Translations under genes and position numbers: made by a program | Shown here: piece after piece, positions 17,376-27,310 of the stretch | How positions within the stretch are numbered: the first letter of the stretch is position 1 | Layout of the letters: each line of letters starts with the position of its first letter | Notes under the pieces: model-generated | Databases searched by the model: none | Seen by the model: the letters and a program-made list of their open reading frames with translations, nothing else | What the model was told of the DNA's origin: nothing | IMG/VR virus record: IMGVR_UViG_3300035666_000002 | DNA from: a virus | Length of the DNA stretch: 64,000 nt | Reading direction: 5' to 3' (one strand)

Positions 17376-18395
17376 TTAAATTCTTGTTGTTTTTGAGATT
17401 GACTGAACGATAGAATTCATGAAAGAGTCGGTAACGACTGCTTTCTGACCGTCTTCTACTTGTTCGTTAAGTTGATTTTCATCGGCTTTCTTTACACCTG
17501 AAGGAAAATAATTCTCGCGAATTGTCTCAAGTTTTGTTCTATATTCTTCCTCTGTGGAAAAATCTACACTCTCTGCGAGCGATTTAATTTTTTCAACTTG
17601 AGTTGCGGTTAAGCCTTCGCATACTTCATGTGTTACTACTTCTTTAAAAGCTTCAATGAGAGCAGCACGATACTCTACACCACGCTCAACTTCTTCGTTA
17701 AGTTTGCTTTCAAGTTCGTCAACTTTACTTGCCAATTCATCAACGAGGTCAACTTTTTCGGCAGGAACATCAATATAATGTTCTGCAAATAGGTTACGAA
17801 GACCACCAATGAAGTCTTCAGTAATTTCTGTACGAATACCTTTTTCGATTGCGATTTCGTTTTCTTCCATCCATTCTTCGACAACGTAACCAAGGTAATC
17901 ATTTACTTTGTTTGTAAGGTCTTCTTTAAGGGATTCGATTGCTTCTTCTAACATAGAAGCATACTGACCTTCAATCTCTTCTTGAATTTGTGCTACGCGA
18001 TCTTGTACGCGAGCTTCGAAAATTGTGGAAACTTTTGTTTTGAATTCTTCAGAGATTGTTGCATCATCAGAAAACAATGCATCAACATCCTCTTTCATCT
18101 TCTTTTTCCATTCCATCTTTTCGTCGATTTGTTCCTCTTCAGAAACAATCTCTTCATTTTCAACTTCTGTTTCTTCCATTTTAGCGGAAGCATCAGAAGA
18201 TTTAGTTGTAGGTGCAGTTGCAGACTTGGATGTGAAAGTCATTTTGTGCGAATTATCATCAGGCTTAGCATTTTCTGGTGTTGGTCCACCAGCTACTTGA
18301 ACTTCGCCATCTAGCTTTTGTGAAGGCATAGCATTCTTACCCTTACCAGCAGCAAGAATTTCCGCAGCAGCCTCGAAAAGTTTGTTAGTAGCCAT
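17376..18395 (-). CDS. gp22: Prohead core scaffold protein
   Basis: Acidic coiled coil; FKTKVSTIFEA; YLGYVVEEWMEENEIAIE.G; synteny. Confidence 0.95.
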   Translation of the reverse strand: MATNKLFEAAAEILAAGKGKNAMPSQKLDGEVQVAGGPTPENAKPDDNSHKMTFTSKSATAPTTKSSDASAKMEETEVENEEIVSEEEQIDEKMEWKKKMKEDVDALFSDDATISEEFKTKVSTIFEARVQDRVAQIQEEIEGQYASMLEEAIESLKEDLTNKVNDYLGYVVEEWMEENEIAIEKGIRTEITEDFIGGLRNLFAEHYIDVPAEKVDLVDELASKVDELESKLNEEVERGVEYRAALIEAFKEVVTHEVCEGLTATQVEKIKSLAESVDFSTEEEYRTKLETIRENYFPSGVKKADENQLNEQVEDGQKAVVTDSFMNSIVQSISKTTRI

Positions 18396-18418
18396 TAGGA
18401 ATCTCCTTTGTGTTTATT

Positions 18419-18426
18419 TATTTATA
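18419..18426 (-). promoter_or_regulatory. T4 late promoter TATAAATA for gp22/gp23
   Basis: Exact consensus in the gp21-gp22 gap. Confidence 0.85.
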
Positions 18427-18429
18427 ATT

Positions 18430-19083
18430 TTAAAGTTTTGATAAAAAGTTTTCGAAGAGGCGAATCGCCACTTGTTCAATATCTTTTCTTGAGGCTTTTT
18501 GTATAGCATGTTTGGTTCTAGCAATGTCAACTTCAACAAAACGACCCTCAACAAACAACCATTCTTTATTTTCCATAATACCATTTACGAAAGCACCTGG
18601 TGCAGAAGGATCTGCTACCACATCAGCAGCGGTAGCCAATCTAAAATCATCAGCAACAATGCTGATGCCGTCTTCACCTGGTATCAAAGAACCCATACCT
18701 CTTGAAGATACACCTAAGCTAACACCCGACTCGATGAAATTTTTTACGATGTTGCCATAAGGTGTATCGAGAACTTTTGCTTTACCGATGAATCTATTTT
18801 GATCGTCTTCAACTAAAGATTCAATCTTGATGCAAACTCTTTCTAAATTTAAATTGGGTGTGTCAGGATGACCTAACTCACCAAGAGCACGGTTTGCATC
18901 AATATATTCATTAGTGTAACGCTTAACTTCTTCTCTTAGAGTAGATATTCTATATTTTCTTCTATTTCTGTTAGCTTCTTCACCAACAAGAAATGGACCT
19001 TGAATATAAAGATTCTTTTTTCCTGATTCTGTAGTTTCGGTTAAATACTTAACCTCTTCTACGCTTTCTTTTATAAGCTTCAT
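18430..19083 (-). CDS. gp21: Prohead protease
   Basis: NRNRRKY, ALGELGHP, LGVSSRGMGSL, DVVADPSAPGAFVNGIME. Confidence 0.97.
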   Translation of the reverse strand: MKLIKESVEEVKYLTETTESGKKNLYIQGPFLVGEEANRNRRKYRISTLREEVKRYTNEYIDANRALGELGHPDTPNLNLERVCIKIESLVEDDQNRFIGKAKVLDTPYGNIVKNFIESGVSLGVSSRGMGSLIPGEDGISIVADDFRLATAADVVADPSAPGAFVNGIMENKEWLFVEGRFVEVDIARTKHAIQKASRKDIEQVAIRLFENFLSKL

Positions 19084-19439
19084 ACGTTCTCCAAATTAGT
19101 GGAGTAGGTTGCGGTCTTTGACATTTCAATAACGATAGAACCACCAGTTGCAATCGTAACCACAACATTACCTGTGTTCGTGTTTGCAATAGAATAACCT
19201 AACTCATCAAATTTCATTTGACCTGATTGGGAAAGTGACAGCATAGGAGTAGGAGTTGCTCCTCTTCCTATGGTAATATAACCATTCGAAGACCAAAGAA
19301 TTCGTTTGATATTAGCTGCACTTACAGTTTCTAAGTCGGTATTAGAAGATAAGTTATTAAGAGTAATTGTATATGTACCAGGATCGACCGCACGAATGAT
19401 ACTGGTACCTCTTAAATTGTTAACTACTTCGTATGGCAT
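19080..19439 (-). CDS. Hypothetical virion protein (beta-rich)
   Basis: Translationally coupled within the head operon; S/T/N-rich. Confidence 0.6.
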   Translation of the reverse strand: MPYEVVNNLRGTSIIRAVDPGTYTITLNNLSSNTDLETVSAANIKRILWSSNGYITIGRGATPTPMLSLSQSGQMKFDELGYSIANTNTGNVVVTIATGGSIVIEMSKTATYSTNLENV

Positions 19440-19440
19440 T

Positions 19441-19875
19441 TTATTTTATTCCCATTGATTTGCGGCGGCGCATAGACATTTTTCTTTTTAACAAAGTTCT
19501 ATTCAGTCTTGCTCTGCCTTTTGTTTTCCAGTATCTCTTTAATTTTCTTGCTTTTTGTATTCTTTGTGCTGCTGGTATTCTTTTAACTGTACTGCCTGAA
19601 ATTCTAAATCCTTTTACAGCAGAGCGTCTAACATTTCTCTGAACTGTTATTTGTCCTTTTGCATTTCTTCTAATGCGTCTTCTTATTCTTTGTATTCTTC
19701 CTTGTCTTACTATATTACCTTCAAGCAATTCTGAAATGTCATCTCCGTATATATCTGCCGACATTTCTCTTCTTTTTTCTTCCAATCTTTTAGAAGCAAT
19801 AGCATTCAAATGTGCAAAAATATCTTCTTTTAAAGAAGTTAATTTGTTTTCTAAAATTTTATTTACTATACTCAT
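19441..19875 (-). CDS. Arg/Lys-rich prohead core protein (gp68-like)
   Basis: Very basic C-terminal half ending KRKMSMRRRKSMGIK, as in gp68; located between gp20 and gp21. Confidence 0.65.
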   Translation of the reverse strand: MSIVNKILENKLTSLKEDIFAHLNAIASKRLEEKRREMSADIYGDDISELLEGNIVRQGRIQRIRRRIRRNAKGQITVQRNVRRSAVKGFRISGSTVKRIPAAQRIQKARKLKRYWKTKGRARLNRTLLKRKMSMRRRKSMGIK

Positions 19876-20633
19876 TTAGATTTACTGAATGCAAAGTCTG
19901 CTGCTTTAGAAAAATGTGCAGGTGACTTATGAACCATATCTGCAAACTTCTTTTTATTTTCATCATTCAAAGCTTTATGCACTTGTGTAATAGCTGATGC
20001 AGTCAAATGATCTACCTTTCTTGTTTCACCTGAAGCAAATTTTACTGTTTGTGCAGATTTGCCATGAACTATCTTATGAAGAGTGTCCATGACTGCTTCT
20101 GTTTGAATCATGCCTGCCTGATCGTCAACAAAAGGAACAACAAAATCTTTATCCAATTTATCGCTATGATAAACAGCAACTTTTATATTATTTGGATATA
20201 AACGTACACCTGTTCTTTTCAAAATAAGAACATAAGGAGGTTCTTTAGTAATCGCTTCACTGATATCAAATTGTTCTTTTACTTCTTTCTTTTCATCTTT
20301 GTCGAAATGTAATCGGTGAGCTTTTACTTTTTTACCTGATTTTGAAAGTTTATAGTCAGCAGTATCAACATCCTCTTTAACTGCGGTTCTAGTTTGACGG
20401 AAAATTTGTGGATTGTTTGTAATAACATCCACCATTTTATTAAAAAGATTTTGAATGATAGCTCTATCAGCAGGAGTAAAAGAAGGTTTTTCTTCTCCCA
20501 TCTTATCCAAAATTTGATGCATTCTCTGTACTTGTGCTTTGTTACCTAAACCAGCACGAACTAAAGCATCAAACTTGCTATAGTCTTTTTTTTCTTCTTC
20601 GAGGATTTGTTTAAAATCGTCTAAAGATTTCAT
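19872..20633 (-). CDS. Hypothetical, probable internal head protein
   Basis: In the head operon; several hydrophobic-x-E sites compatible with gp21 processing. Confidence 0.55.
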   Translation of the reverse strand: MKSLDDFKQILEEEKKDYSKFDALVRAGLGNKAQVQRMHQILDKMGEEKPSFTPADRAIIQNLFNKMVDVITNNPQIFRQTRTAVKEDVDTADYKLSKSGKKVKAHRLHFDKDEKKEVKEQFDISEAITKEPPYVLILKRTGVRLYPNNIKVAVYHSDKLDKDFVVPFVDDQAGMIQTEAVMDTLHKIVHGKSAQTVKFASGETRKVDHLTASAITQVHKALNDENKKKFADMVHKSPAHFSKAADFAFSKSK

Positions 20634-20830
20634 TCGGTAGTTTCGCCTTCTTCCGTTTCCACTTCTTGTTCAGGTTCTTCTTCTCGCCCATTAAAAAGTG
20701 TAGAAGCAACTTCTTGTTTTTTGGCTTCAAGTGCTTCTAGTGCGCGAGTAGAAAGCAATTCTTCAAGTGCATCTTTAGCTTCTGCTGATTGACCAGCAGC
20801 AAGCATATCTAAAAATTGTCTTGCATCCAT
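20630..20830 (-). CDS. Small acidic prohead core protein (gp67-like)
   Basis: 66 aa acidic helical protein immediately after portal. Confidence 0.7.
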   Translation of the reverse strand: MDARQFLDMLAAGQSAEAKDALEELLSTRALEALEAKKQEVASTLFNGREEEPEQEVETEEGETTE

Positions 20831-20839
20831 AATATCTCC

Positions 20840-22504
20840 TTATCTATTATTTAGAACTCGACTAAATCGTTTTACAACACTATCAAGTTCTGGTGTGTCC
20901 GACTCTTCATCTCCTCTTTCTGCAACATTATTTTCTGGAGGAAATTGTTCAGGTGTCACTTCTTCTTGTTGACCTTGTTGCATCATTTGATCTGGTTGAC
21001 CAGGTATCTGTGGTTCTGGTTCAGAATCAATTTCTTTTTGCATTTCTTTTATTTCATCATCATCTAAATGAAGCACATGTTTTTTAACCCACATTTGTGA
21101 AAAATAACGACCAACATACGGATCAACTAATCCTAAAAGCTGTAATCTATTTTGCCAAAGTTCAGCTTCTTTTAGCTCGGTAAAATTGTTATCTTTTTTG
21201 TATTCATAGTAGACAACATCTCTAAATTCTTTCCATTCTTCTTTAGTACAAATACCTTTTAGAACTAATTGTGTTTCTAAGGCTTCATCGAAAATTCTGG
21301 AAAATTTATTACGAATCTTTTCGATGAATTTGTTAAATTTTAATTCATCTCTAGTAACTTCTGTTGTTCTTCCCAAACCAACCAAACCACCACTCTGCGC
21401 TTCTAGTCTGGAGTAAGGAACATTCATAGACTGATACAATTTTTTCTGGAAGTAGAGAACATCATCCATTTGCCCAAGATTCTGCCCAGCAGGTAAAGTT
21501 GTAATTTCTGTACCTTTACCACCTTCTCTACGAGGCAACCAAAAATCTTCAAGCATCGAAAGATGTTTTCTGTCATCTCGAAGTTCACCGGTCTGTGCAT
21601 CGTAAACCATTTTGTTACGATACTTGACCATAATGTCGCGAATATATTGTTCAGCTTTACCTTTTGGAAGATTACCAACGTCAATGTAAAATACTCGACG
21701 TTCTGGTGCTCTGCTGATTCGATAAATGACCGTAGCATCCTCAATCATTCTTAATTGATTGAGTGGCTTGATTGCTTTGTGTAAAAATGAAATGACGAAT
21801 GTATTTTTTGCATCCATCAAACCTGAATTAATATTGATTACAGATTCGGGAGCAATTCTTAATCCTTGATTTGCTGCTGCGGTAAAAGACTGAGTGGTTG
21901 TGCCTCGATCATTATAGATATAATATTCGGCTATGGATTTAATTATTTCTGCACCAGTCTTTGGATCTCTTCCTTTTTGAACTTCACGAACTTTACGAAT
22001 CTTTCTCGGATCGATATAGCGAAGTTCTTTAATACCTTCTTTAGGATTATTCTCATTTACAATTACATGATAATAAATTCTTCCGTCAATATACCAACGT
22101 CTGAATATATCATCAGCTAAATTTGAGAAGTTTAGCATTTTTAAAATGTTGTCAAACTCTTCTCGAATTTTTTTCTTAATGGATTCTGGTTGCTTCAAAT
22201 CGTCCATAATAATTTCAACAACTCTTCCATCTTTGTCATGTGAAATTGCTTCATCGACGATTTCTGTAATTGCTTGATCACATTCCGGATGATTCGACAT
22301 CTCTCTATAACGAGTTATAAGTTCTAGTTCATTACGAACAGAACCTTCTAGGTCAATATAGGTTCCAAAATGTGCATTTTGTGTGATGGTAACTGCACCA
22401 TCGTCGAGAGAATCGGTAGGTAAAGCGAACGAGGCCTGTTCAGGAATTTCTTTCTGAACTATATCTTTTTGCCCTAATGTGAAACCAAATAGTTTTATTG
22501 CCAC
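20840..22504 (-). CDS. gp20: Portal vertex protein
   Basis: YRISRAPERRVFYIDVGNLPK.KAEQY; EDFWLPRREGGKGTEITTLP.GQNLG; RDELKF. Confidence 0.99.
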   Translation of the reverse strand: MAIKLFGFTLGQKDIVQKEIPEQASFALPTDSLDDGAVTITQNAHFGTYIDLEGSVRNELELITRYREMSNHPECDQAITEIVDEAISHDKDGRVVEIIMDDLKQPESIKKKIREEFDNILKMLNFSNLADDIFRRWYIDGRIYYHVIVNENNPKEGIKELRYIDPRKIRKVREVQKGRDPKTGAEIIKSIAEYYIYNDRGTTTQSFTAAANQGLRIAPESVININSGLMDAKNTFVISFLHKAIKPLNQLRMIEDATVIYRISRAPERRVFYIDVGNLPKGKAEQYIRDIMVKYRNKMVYDAQTGELRDDRKHLSMLEDFWLPRREGGKGTEITTLPAGQNLGQMDDVLYFQKKLYQSMNVPYSRLEAQSGGLVGLGRTTEVTRDELKFNKFIEKIRNKFSRIFDEALETQLVLKGICTKEEWKEFRDVVYYEYKKDNNFTELKEAELWQNRLQLLGLVDPYVGRYFSQMWVKKHVLHLDDDEIKEMQKEIDSEPEPQIPGQPDQMMQQGQQEEVTPEQFPPENNVAERGDEESDTPELDSVVKRFSRVLNNR

Positions 22505-22525
22505 TTATTTTCCTTTTTCATTATT

Positions 22526-22550
22526 AAAAAGGAGGAGCAATTGCTCCTCC
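22526..22550 (-). terminator. Intrinsic terminator after gp19
   Basis: GGAGGAGC-AATT-GCTCCTCC followed by TTTTT. Confidence 0.85.
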
Positions 22551-22554
22551 CTTA

Positions 22555-23100
22555 TCAAACTACTGCGTCCTCTATTGATTCCCACCACTGATATGTCAAG
22601 TTGACTGAGAATTCTTCGATGGTATCGTTAGAACCCCAATCAACATCAATAGCGGAAATGTCTGTTGGAAATAAGCCAATAAATTTATATTTTTTGAGAA
22701 TGTTTCCTGCTTTCCCATACTGACGAACTTCACCATCTACGCTATAACCTAAAGCAGTTGCAGCAGCAGGATTTCTAACATTCAAACTGTGGCTATTAAT
22801 TCCATTTAGCCATCTTTCAAAAGCATTACGAATTACAAAGTCTTCATCATTGATAATTGTGACTGTCCAATCTGTGAAGGTTCTGTTACCAGCAAATTTA
22901 AGTTCGCGACCGAAGTATTGAACTGGAACAGCACCAATAGTAGAACCAGGTAACTGAGCAGTCTTACACATGAACGACATTTTTGTTTGTGCATTTCCTG
23001 GCAATGAGAAGGCTGGGAAAGGAAGCGTAACCTCAAATAGATTTGGGCGTGCTCCATCTCCCTGCATCTGAGAGCGGAATTCGTTAATGTTAAAAGCCAT
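22555..23100 (-). CDS. gp19: Tail tube protein
   Basis: GARPNLFEV...CKTAQLPGS...GRELKFAGNRTF..W.VTIINDEDF.IR..FE.W. Confidence 0.97.
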   Translation of the reverse strand: MAFNINEFRSQMQGDGARPNLFEVTLPFPAFSLPGNAQTKMSFMCKTAQLPGSTIGAVPVQYFGRELKFAGNRTFTDWTVTIINDEDFVIRNAFERWLNGINSHSLNVRNPAAATALGYSVDGEVRQYGKAGNILKKYKFIGLFPTDISAIDVDWGSNDTIEEFSVNLTYQWWESIEDAVV

Positions 23101-23122
23101 TTAATTTATCTCCTATCTCTCT

Positions 23123-23130
23123 TATTTATT
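23123..23130 (-). promoter_or_regulatory. Late promoter variant (AATAAATA) for gp19
   Basis: NATAAATA overlapping the gp18 stop, upstream of an AGGAG RBS. Confidence 0.65.
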
Positions 23131-24802
23131 AGAATCTTCCGACAACTTCTTCAAACGCAACACCCGTTCTAACAGCAACGAAATTGAGTTGAATAAAGTT
23201 AATCGAACGAGCAGGTTTAATATAGATGTCACCGATAAATTCATTGCGATCAATAACTTCAGGTGTGTTATTTGTAATATCGCAAACAACACGGAAATCA
23301 TAAATGCCGCGGCGACCCTGGACTTCTCTTAGGTATGGCTCAACAAGATTTACAAAGGCTGCGCGAGTAAATTCATCATTGAATTCAAACAGAGATGAAC
23401 GTGCTGCGCGAGCAATAGATTTCTCAAGAACAATAAACAAACGACGAACATTGATTCTGTCAAATGCACTTGGTCTGCTTAAAAGAGTCTTATCGCCATA
23501 TAGAATAGTACCTTCACCCGGGAAAGTAACTACAGGATTGACACCAACTTTGTACAAAGCATCTCTATTAGCTTTGGTTGGATTCCATGCTAACTTAACA
23601 ACATTCTTGATAATTCCTCTGTTTACGCCTGCTGGTGAGAACCAAGGATCACGCTCACTGTCGGTACGAGCGCAAAGCCCTGCAATGTCTCCGTTTAATG
23701 GAATCCAACGATAAACATCGTTATATTTGTCGTATTGGTATTTCCATCCGCTATCCATCACTGCATAGGAAGATTTTGTGTAAGTTCCAGCAGTAGAAGC
23801 AACATCGGTATCTTCACTGCCAGAATTGTCAACTACATCACTAAATTCTGGTGAAACAAACACGACACAATCTTTTCTCGATTCTGCTATACCAATTAAA
23901 TAATTTGGTGTATCGGTACCAGTTGTTGCTCCTGCCATCAGAAGAGATACATCTACAGAGTCAGGATTTTCAAACAAATCTAAAGATGTATTGACATTAG
24001 CTGCCGAAGCTACAGCATCTACACCACCAGCTAAGTTATATATTGCATTAGCGGCAACAGGTGCTGAGGTATAACTTGCGATATTGGTTGTTGCCTGTCC
24101 CCAATTCGTATTACCTACATGCCCACCCCACCAGATATATTTTGATCGACTATTTAAAACATCTTTATAATAGTTGCTTGATCCATCAGAATTTTTAGCA
24201 TCACTCGCTTTAGATACATAACCAAATTTTTCAAGAACAGTATTCGCTGTTCCAGAAATTGCTCCGGATCTATCAATTACAATAATATGTAACTCATCAT
24301 CTGTTGAACTATTTCCGGAAGCATAAGCAGAAGTTCCTGGTGTAGAATCGAATTGGTTTTCATATGTCCAACCAGAATATGAAGATGAATCTACGAAAGA
24401 AACACGTATCGAATTTCCTAATGTTCCTGGGTATTTTGCGTAAAATAAGTTTGCGGAGTTAGCACTATGATTTACAAGATAATCATTTTCGTTTTCAATC
24501 AAGACTGGAGTTCCGGTGGAAATAGTAGCGTTTAGAGCACCACTTCCAACTGATCTGATAACTCTTAAATCTGTACCATATGCAAGGAAGTTTGCACATG
24601 TGAAAAATGCATTTGCTGTATTATCATCAGGTTTACCAAAAACCTGTGCTAATTGGAGTTCGTTGTTGATAACCGTAACTTCGTTGACTGGTCCCCACTT
24701 GAAATATCCAGCAAAACCACCCACGGTAGTTGCAACAGACGGTACAACTGTTGTCAAGTCTACTTCGGAGACATTAACTCCTGGTGACAGTTGAAAAGCC
24801 AT
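23129..24802 (-). CDS. gp18: Tail sheath protein
   Basis: LSPGVNVSEVD; PWFSPAG..RG; GDKT...SAFDRINVRRLF; IYIKPARSINFI.LNFVA. Confidence 0.99.
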   Translation of the reverse strand: MAFQLSPGVNVSEVDLTTVVPSVATTVGGFAGYFKWGPVNEVTVINNELQLAQVFGKPDDNTANAFFTCANFLAYGTDLRVIRSVGSGALNATISTGTPVLIENENDYLVNHSANSANLFYAKYPGTLGNSIRVSFVDSSSYSGWTYENQFDSTPGTSAYASGNSSTDDELHIIVIDRSGAISGTANTVLEKFGYVSKASDAKNSDGSSNYYKDVLNSRSKYIWWGGHVGNTNWGQATTNIASYTSAPVAANAIYNLAGGVDAVASAANVNTSLDLFENPDSVDVSLLMAGATTGTDTPNYLIGIAESRKDCVVFVSPEFSDVVDNSGSEDTDVASTAGTYTKSSYAVMDSGWKYQYDKYNDVYRWIPLNGDIAGLCARTDSERDPWFSPAGVNRGIIKNVVKLAWNPTKANRDALYKVGVNPVVTFPGEGTILYGDKTLLSRPSAFDRINVRRLFIVLEKSIARAARSSLFEFNDEFTRAAFVNLVEPYLREVQGRRGIYDFRVVCDITNNTPEVIDRNEFIGDIYIKPARSINFIQLNFVAVRTGVAFEEVVGRF

Positions 24803-24841
24803 TTTCTGTTCTCCTTATTTTATAGAACTTTTTTATTTTCC

Positions 24842-24849
24842 TATTTATT
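24842..24849 (-). promoter_or_regulatory. Late promoter variant (AATAAATA) for gp18
   Basis: NATAAATA in the gp17-gp18 gap. Confidence 0.65.
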
Positions 24850-24852
24850 ATT

Positions 24853-26487
24853 TTAGAAAGTTGAAGGTATATACCCACGATTTCTTACTGTTGTCCACAA
24901 ATCTCTTCCATCAGATTCTCTTTCTTCTTGTAGACCGTCATTTAATTCACCTATAGGCAACATTTCTTCTTCTAACTGAAGATTTCTTTCTTCTAAAAGT
25001 CTCTGACGAACATCTGAATCCGTCAATTCTCTGAAATAGCTTTGAACTGTTAACCAAGAAAACAATACTAAAGTCATTACAATATCATCATTATTTCCTT
25101 CTTCTGCCTTGTACGAATCTTTATCTCTTACAAAAGTATTAAATTCTGCGATGGTATCAAAATCATTCGTAACTAACTTATCCGTTTCAATTAGAGTTTT
25201 TAAGTTAGCACATCCTATTTTCTTTACCGATTTGGATGTCTTAATTCCATATGATGCTCCTTTTTTAAATCCTGATGCTATATGAACACCTTTTATGTCG
25301 TGACTTTCTATTCTGAAAATGTTTTCATACTCTAAATCATAATGTAAAATGTCAACAACTTGTTGCCCAACATTATTTGTTTCTACAAGTATAAATGCTC
25401 GATTATATCTATTCGCTATATTATAGACATATGTAGGAAAAATCAAAGGTGATATCTTATTGTCTCTATATTTTGCAACGTGCTTATAAGGAAGCTCGGT
25501 CACATCCAATATTGAAACAACGGAATAATCTCTATCAACTCCTTCAGCACAATCTACTATAGCAATATACGTATGCCCTTTCTTAGGTTCTTCGTAGATA
25601 TCTATATTTTCTTCTTTTTTAATCGGATTTGTGAATACTAAAGTTTTAAGTTTAGCTCCAGGAATTAATGTCGCACTTGATCCTATAAATTCAGTTTCAA
25701 ATTCTTGTCTGAACTGTTCTTCGCTTGTGTTGCGAATGGTTTCTTCTCTCCACTTTTCATCTCTTCCTGGAACCATCGACCAATGAACTTCAAAAGGAAC
25801 ATAAAGTGAACGTTTCTCTACGGCATCCGTCCACATCTTATAGAACTGATTTAGACCATTCGGTGTTGAGACAATGATAACTTTGGTTGTATTACCTGAA
25901 GATATAACAGGGTACGTAGCAGTAAAGAATTCCACTGCCATGTTTTGTGGGACGAAGGCAAATTCATCTAAGAAAATTAAATTGTAAGAACCACCTCGAA
26001 CACCTGAAGAACTTGTAGCATAAGCAGAAATTTCGGAACCATTTTCAAGAACAATGTTGCCTTTATTCCACTCCAAAATTCCTTGTTGGAGCCAAATCGG
26101 AAGAAATTCATAAGCATACTTTATTCTTCCTAAAATATCTCTAGCAAGATCACCTTTATTCGCTAAGATAGCAATCTTATAATCATCAGTAAATAGAATC
26201 GACCAAAGCATGAATGCTGCAACGGTAGTAGTCTTACCTACCTGACGAGGCATCTTACATATGGAGAAACGATTACTATGAAAACCTTGAACCATTTCCT
26301 CTTGGAAAGGCCACATTTCAAAAGGAACAAGACCTTTATCTACGTTAACAATTCGAACGTACTTTTTGATAAAGTAAAGAGGTTCTTTAATACATTTAGT
26401 AATCTCAATTAGTTGATCTCGGGAGTATTCAATTTCTACTCCCGATCTTTTTAAATTTGGATTACCTAGATAGCCACCTGCTGACAT
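24853..26487 (-). CDS. gp17: Terminase large subunit
   Basis: YLGNPNLK, PRQVGKTT, LDEFAFV, VSTPNG, DCAEG..DYS, NDDIVM. Confidence 0.99.
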   Translation of the reverse strand: MSAGGYLGNPNLKRSGVEIEYSRDQLIEITKCIKEPLYFIKKYVRIVNVDKGLVPFEMWPFQEEMVQGFHSNRFSICKMPRQVGKTTTVAAFMLWSILFTDDYKIAILANKGDLARDILGRIKYAYEFLPIWLQQGILEWNKGNIVLENGSEISAYATSSSGVRGGSYNLIFLDEFAFVPQNMAVEFFTATYPVISSGNTTKVIIVSTPNGLNQFYKMWTDAVEKRSLYVPFEVHWSMVPGRDEKWREETIRNTSEEQFRQEFETEFIGSSATLIPGAKLKTLVFTNPIKKEENIDIYEEPKKGHTYIAIVDCAEGVDRDYSVVSILDVTELPYKHVAKYRDNKISPLIFPTYVYNIANRYNRAFILVETNNVGQQVVDILHYDLEYENIFRIESHDIKGVHIASGFKKGASYGIKTSKSVKKIGCANLKTLIETDKLVTNDFDTIAEFNTFVRDKDSYKAEEGNNDDIVMTLVLFSWLTVQSYFRELTDSDVRQRLLEERNLQLEEEMLPIGELNDGLQEERESDGRDLWTTVRNRGYIPSTF

Positions 26488-26921
26488 TACTTAGTTAAAC
26501 TCTTCAACATCCAAGCGTGTTTTTGATGTGCATCTAAAAGTTCTTGTAGAAAGTTGCTTATCGCAGACTCATCAGCAACATCAGCAGCAGCAATACCCGC
26601 TCTCAAATGAAAAATATATTTGTCATTAGATTGTGCTAAATCTCTTAACATTGTCATAGCATCAGGAATATTTTCGTTTTCCAAAACATCAGACAATTCG
26701 TGTATTCGTGATAAATTTGCTGGAGCATAAGCACCCAACATACGGATCTTTTCAGCAATCAAATCTGTTTGATTCCAAACGGCAGTATAAAATTGCCCAA
26801 GAAAATCGTGGTATTGTAAAAAGTCCGGACCTTCTACATTCCAGTGAAATGAATGTGCCTTAAAATAAAGACCAAAATTTGTTCCTAAAATGGTTCTCAT
26901 TTGTTCAATTAAAGTTTCCAT
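26487..26921 (-). CDS. dps: Dps family ferritin-like DNA protection protein
   Basis: KAHSFHWNVEGPDF..YH...Y......DLIAEKIRMLG...HQKHAWML; ferroxidase ligands H, D, E retained. Confidence 0.92.
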   Translation of the reverse strand: METLIEQMRTILGTNFGLYFKAHSFHWNVEGPDFLQYHDFLGQFYTAVWNQTDLIAEKIRMLGAYAPANLSRIHELSDVLENENIPDAMTMLRDLAQSNDKYIFHLRAGIAAADVADESAISNFLQELLDAHQKHAWMLKSLTK

Positions 26922-26923
26922 TT

Positions 26924-27310
26924 TTATCCTATCTGTTTTATTTGTTTAATTAAATCTGCTGTAGATCCAACGAAAACTGCTTTGTCAACATTGACAACCG
27001 AAGTCTCTTTTACTGGAACTAAATCTCTTTTCTTCTTTTGCAATTCAATCAAGTCTTTATTGATATCAGACATATTTTTTATCAAAGTGGCTGCAACTTC
27101 ATATGCTCTAGGATGATCCGTTGCTTTTGCTACTTCTAATATATTGTCTACTGCAATCTTACCTTTTTCTGCTAAATCTCTTATATTTTGTCTAGCGAAT
27201 TCAAAATCTGAATCTACTTCTGTAGGTATCACTTCTGGTAAAGAAGATTCTCCTTTACCTAAAGGTTCGATATCAAATAATCTGGATAAATTTTCATCTG
27301 TTTTTTTCAT
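26924..27310 (-). CDS. gp16: Terminase small subunit
   Basis: DFEFARQN...HPRAYEVAATLIK...AVFVGSTADL. Confidence 0.95.
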   Translation of the reverse strand: MKKTDENLSRLFDIEPLGKGESSLPEVIPTEVDSDFEFARQNIRDLAEKGKIAVDNILEVAKATDHPRAYEVAATLIKNMSDINKDLIELQKKKRDLVPVKETSVVNVDKAVFVGSTADLIKQIKQIG

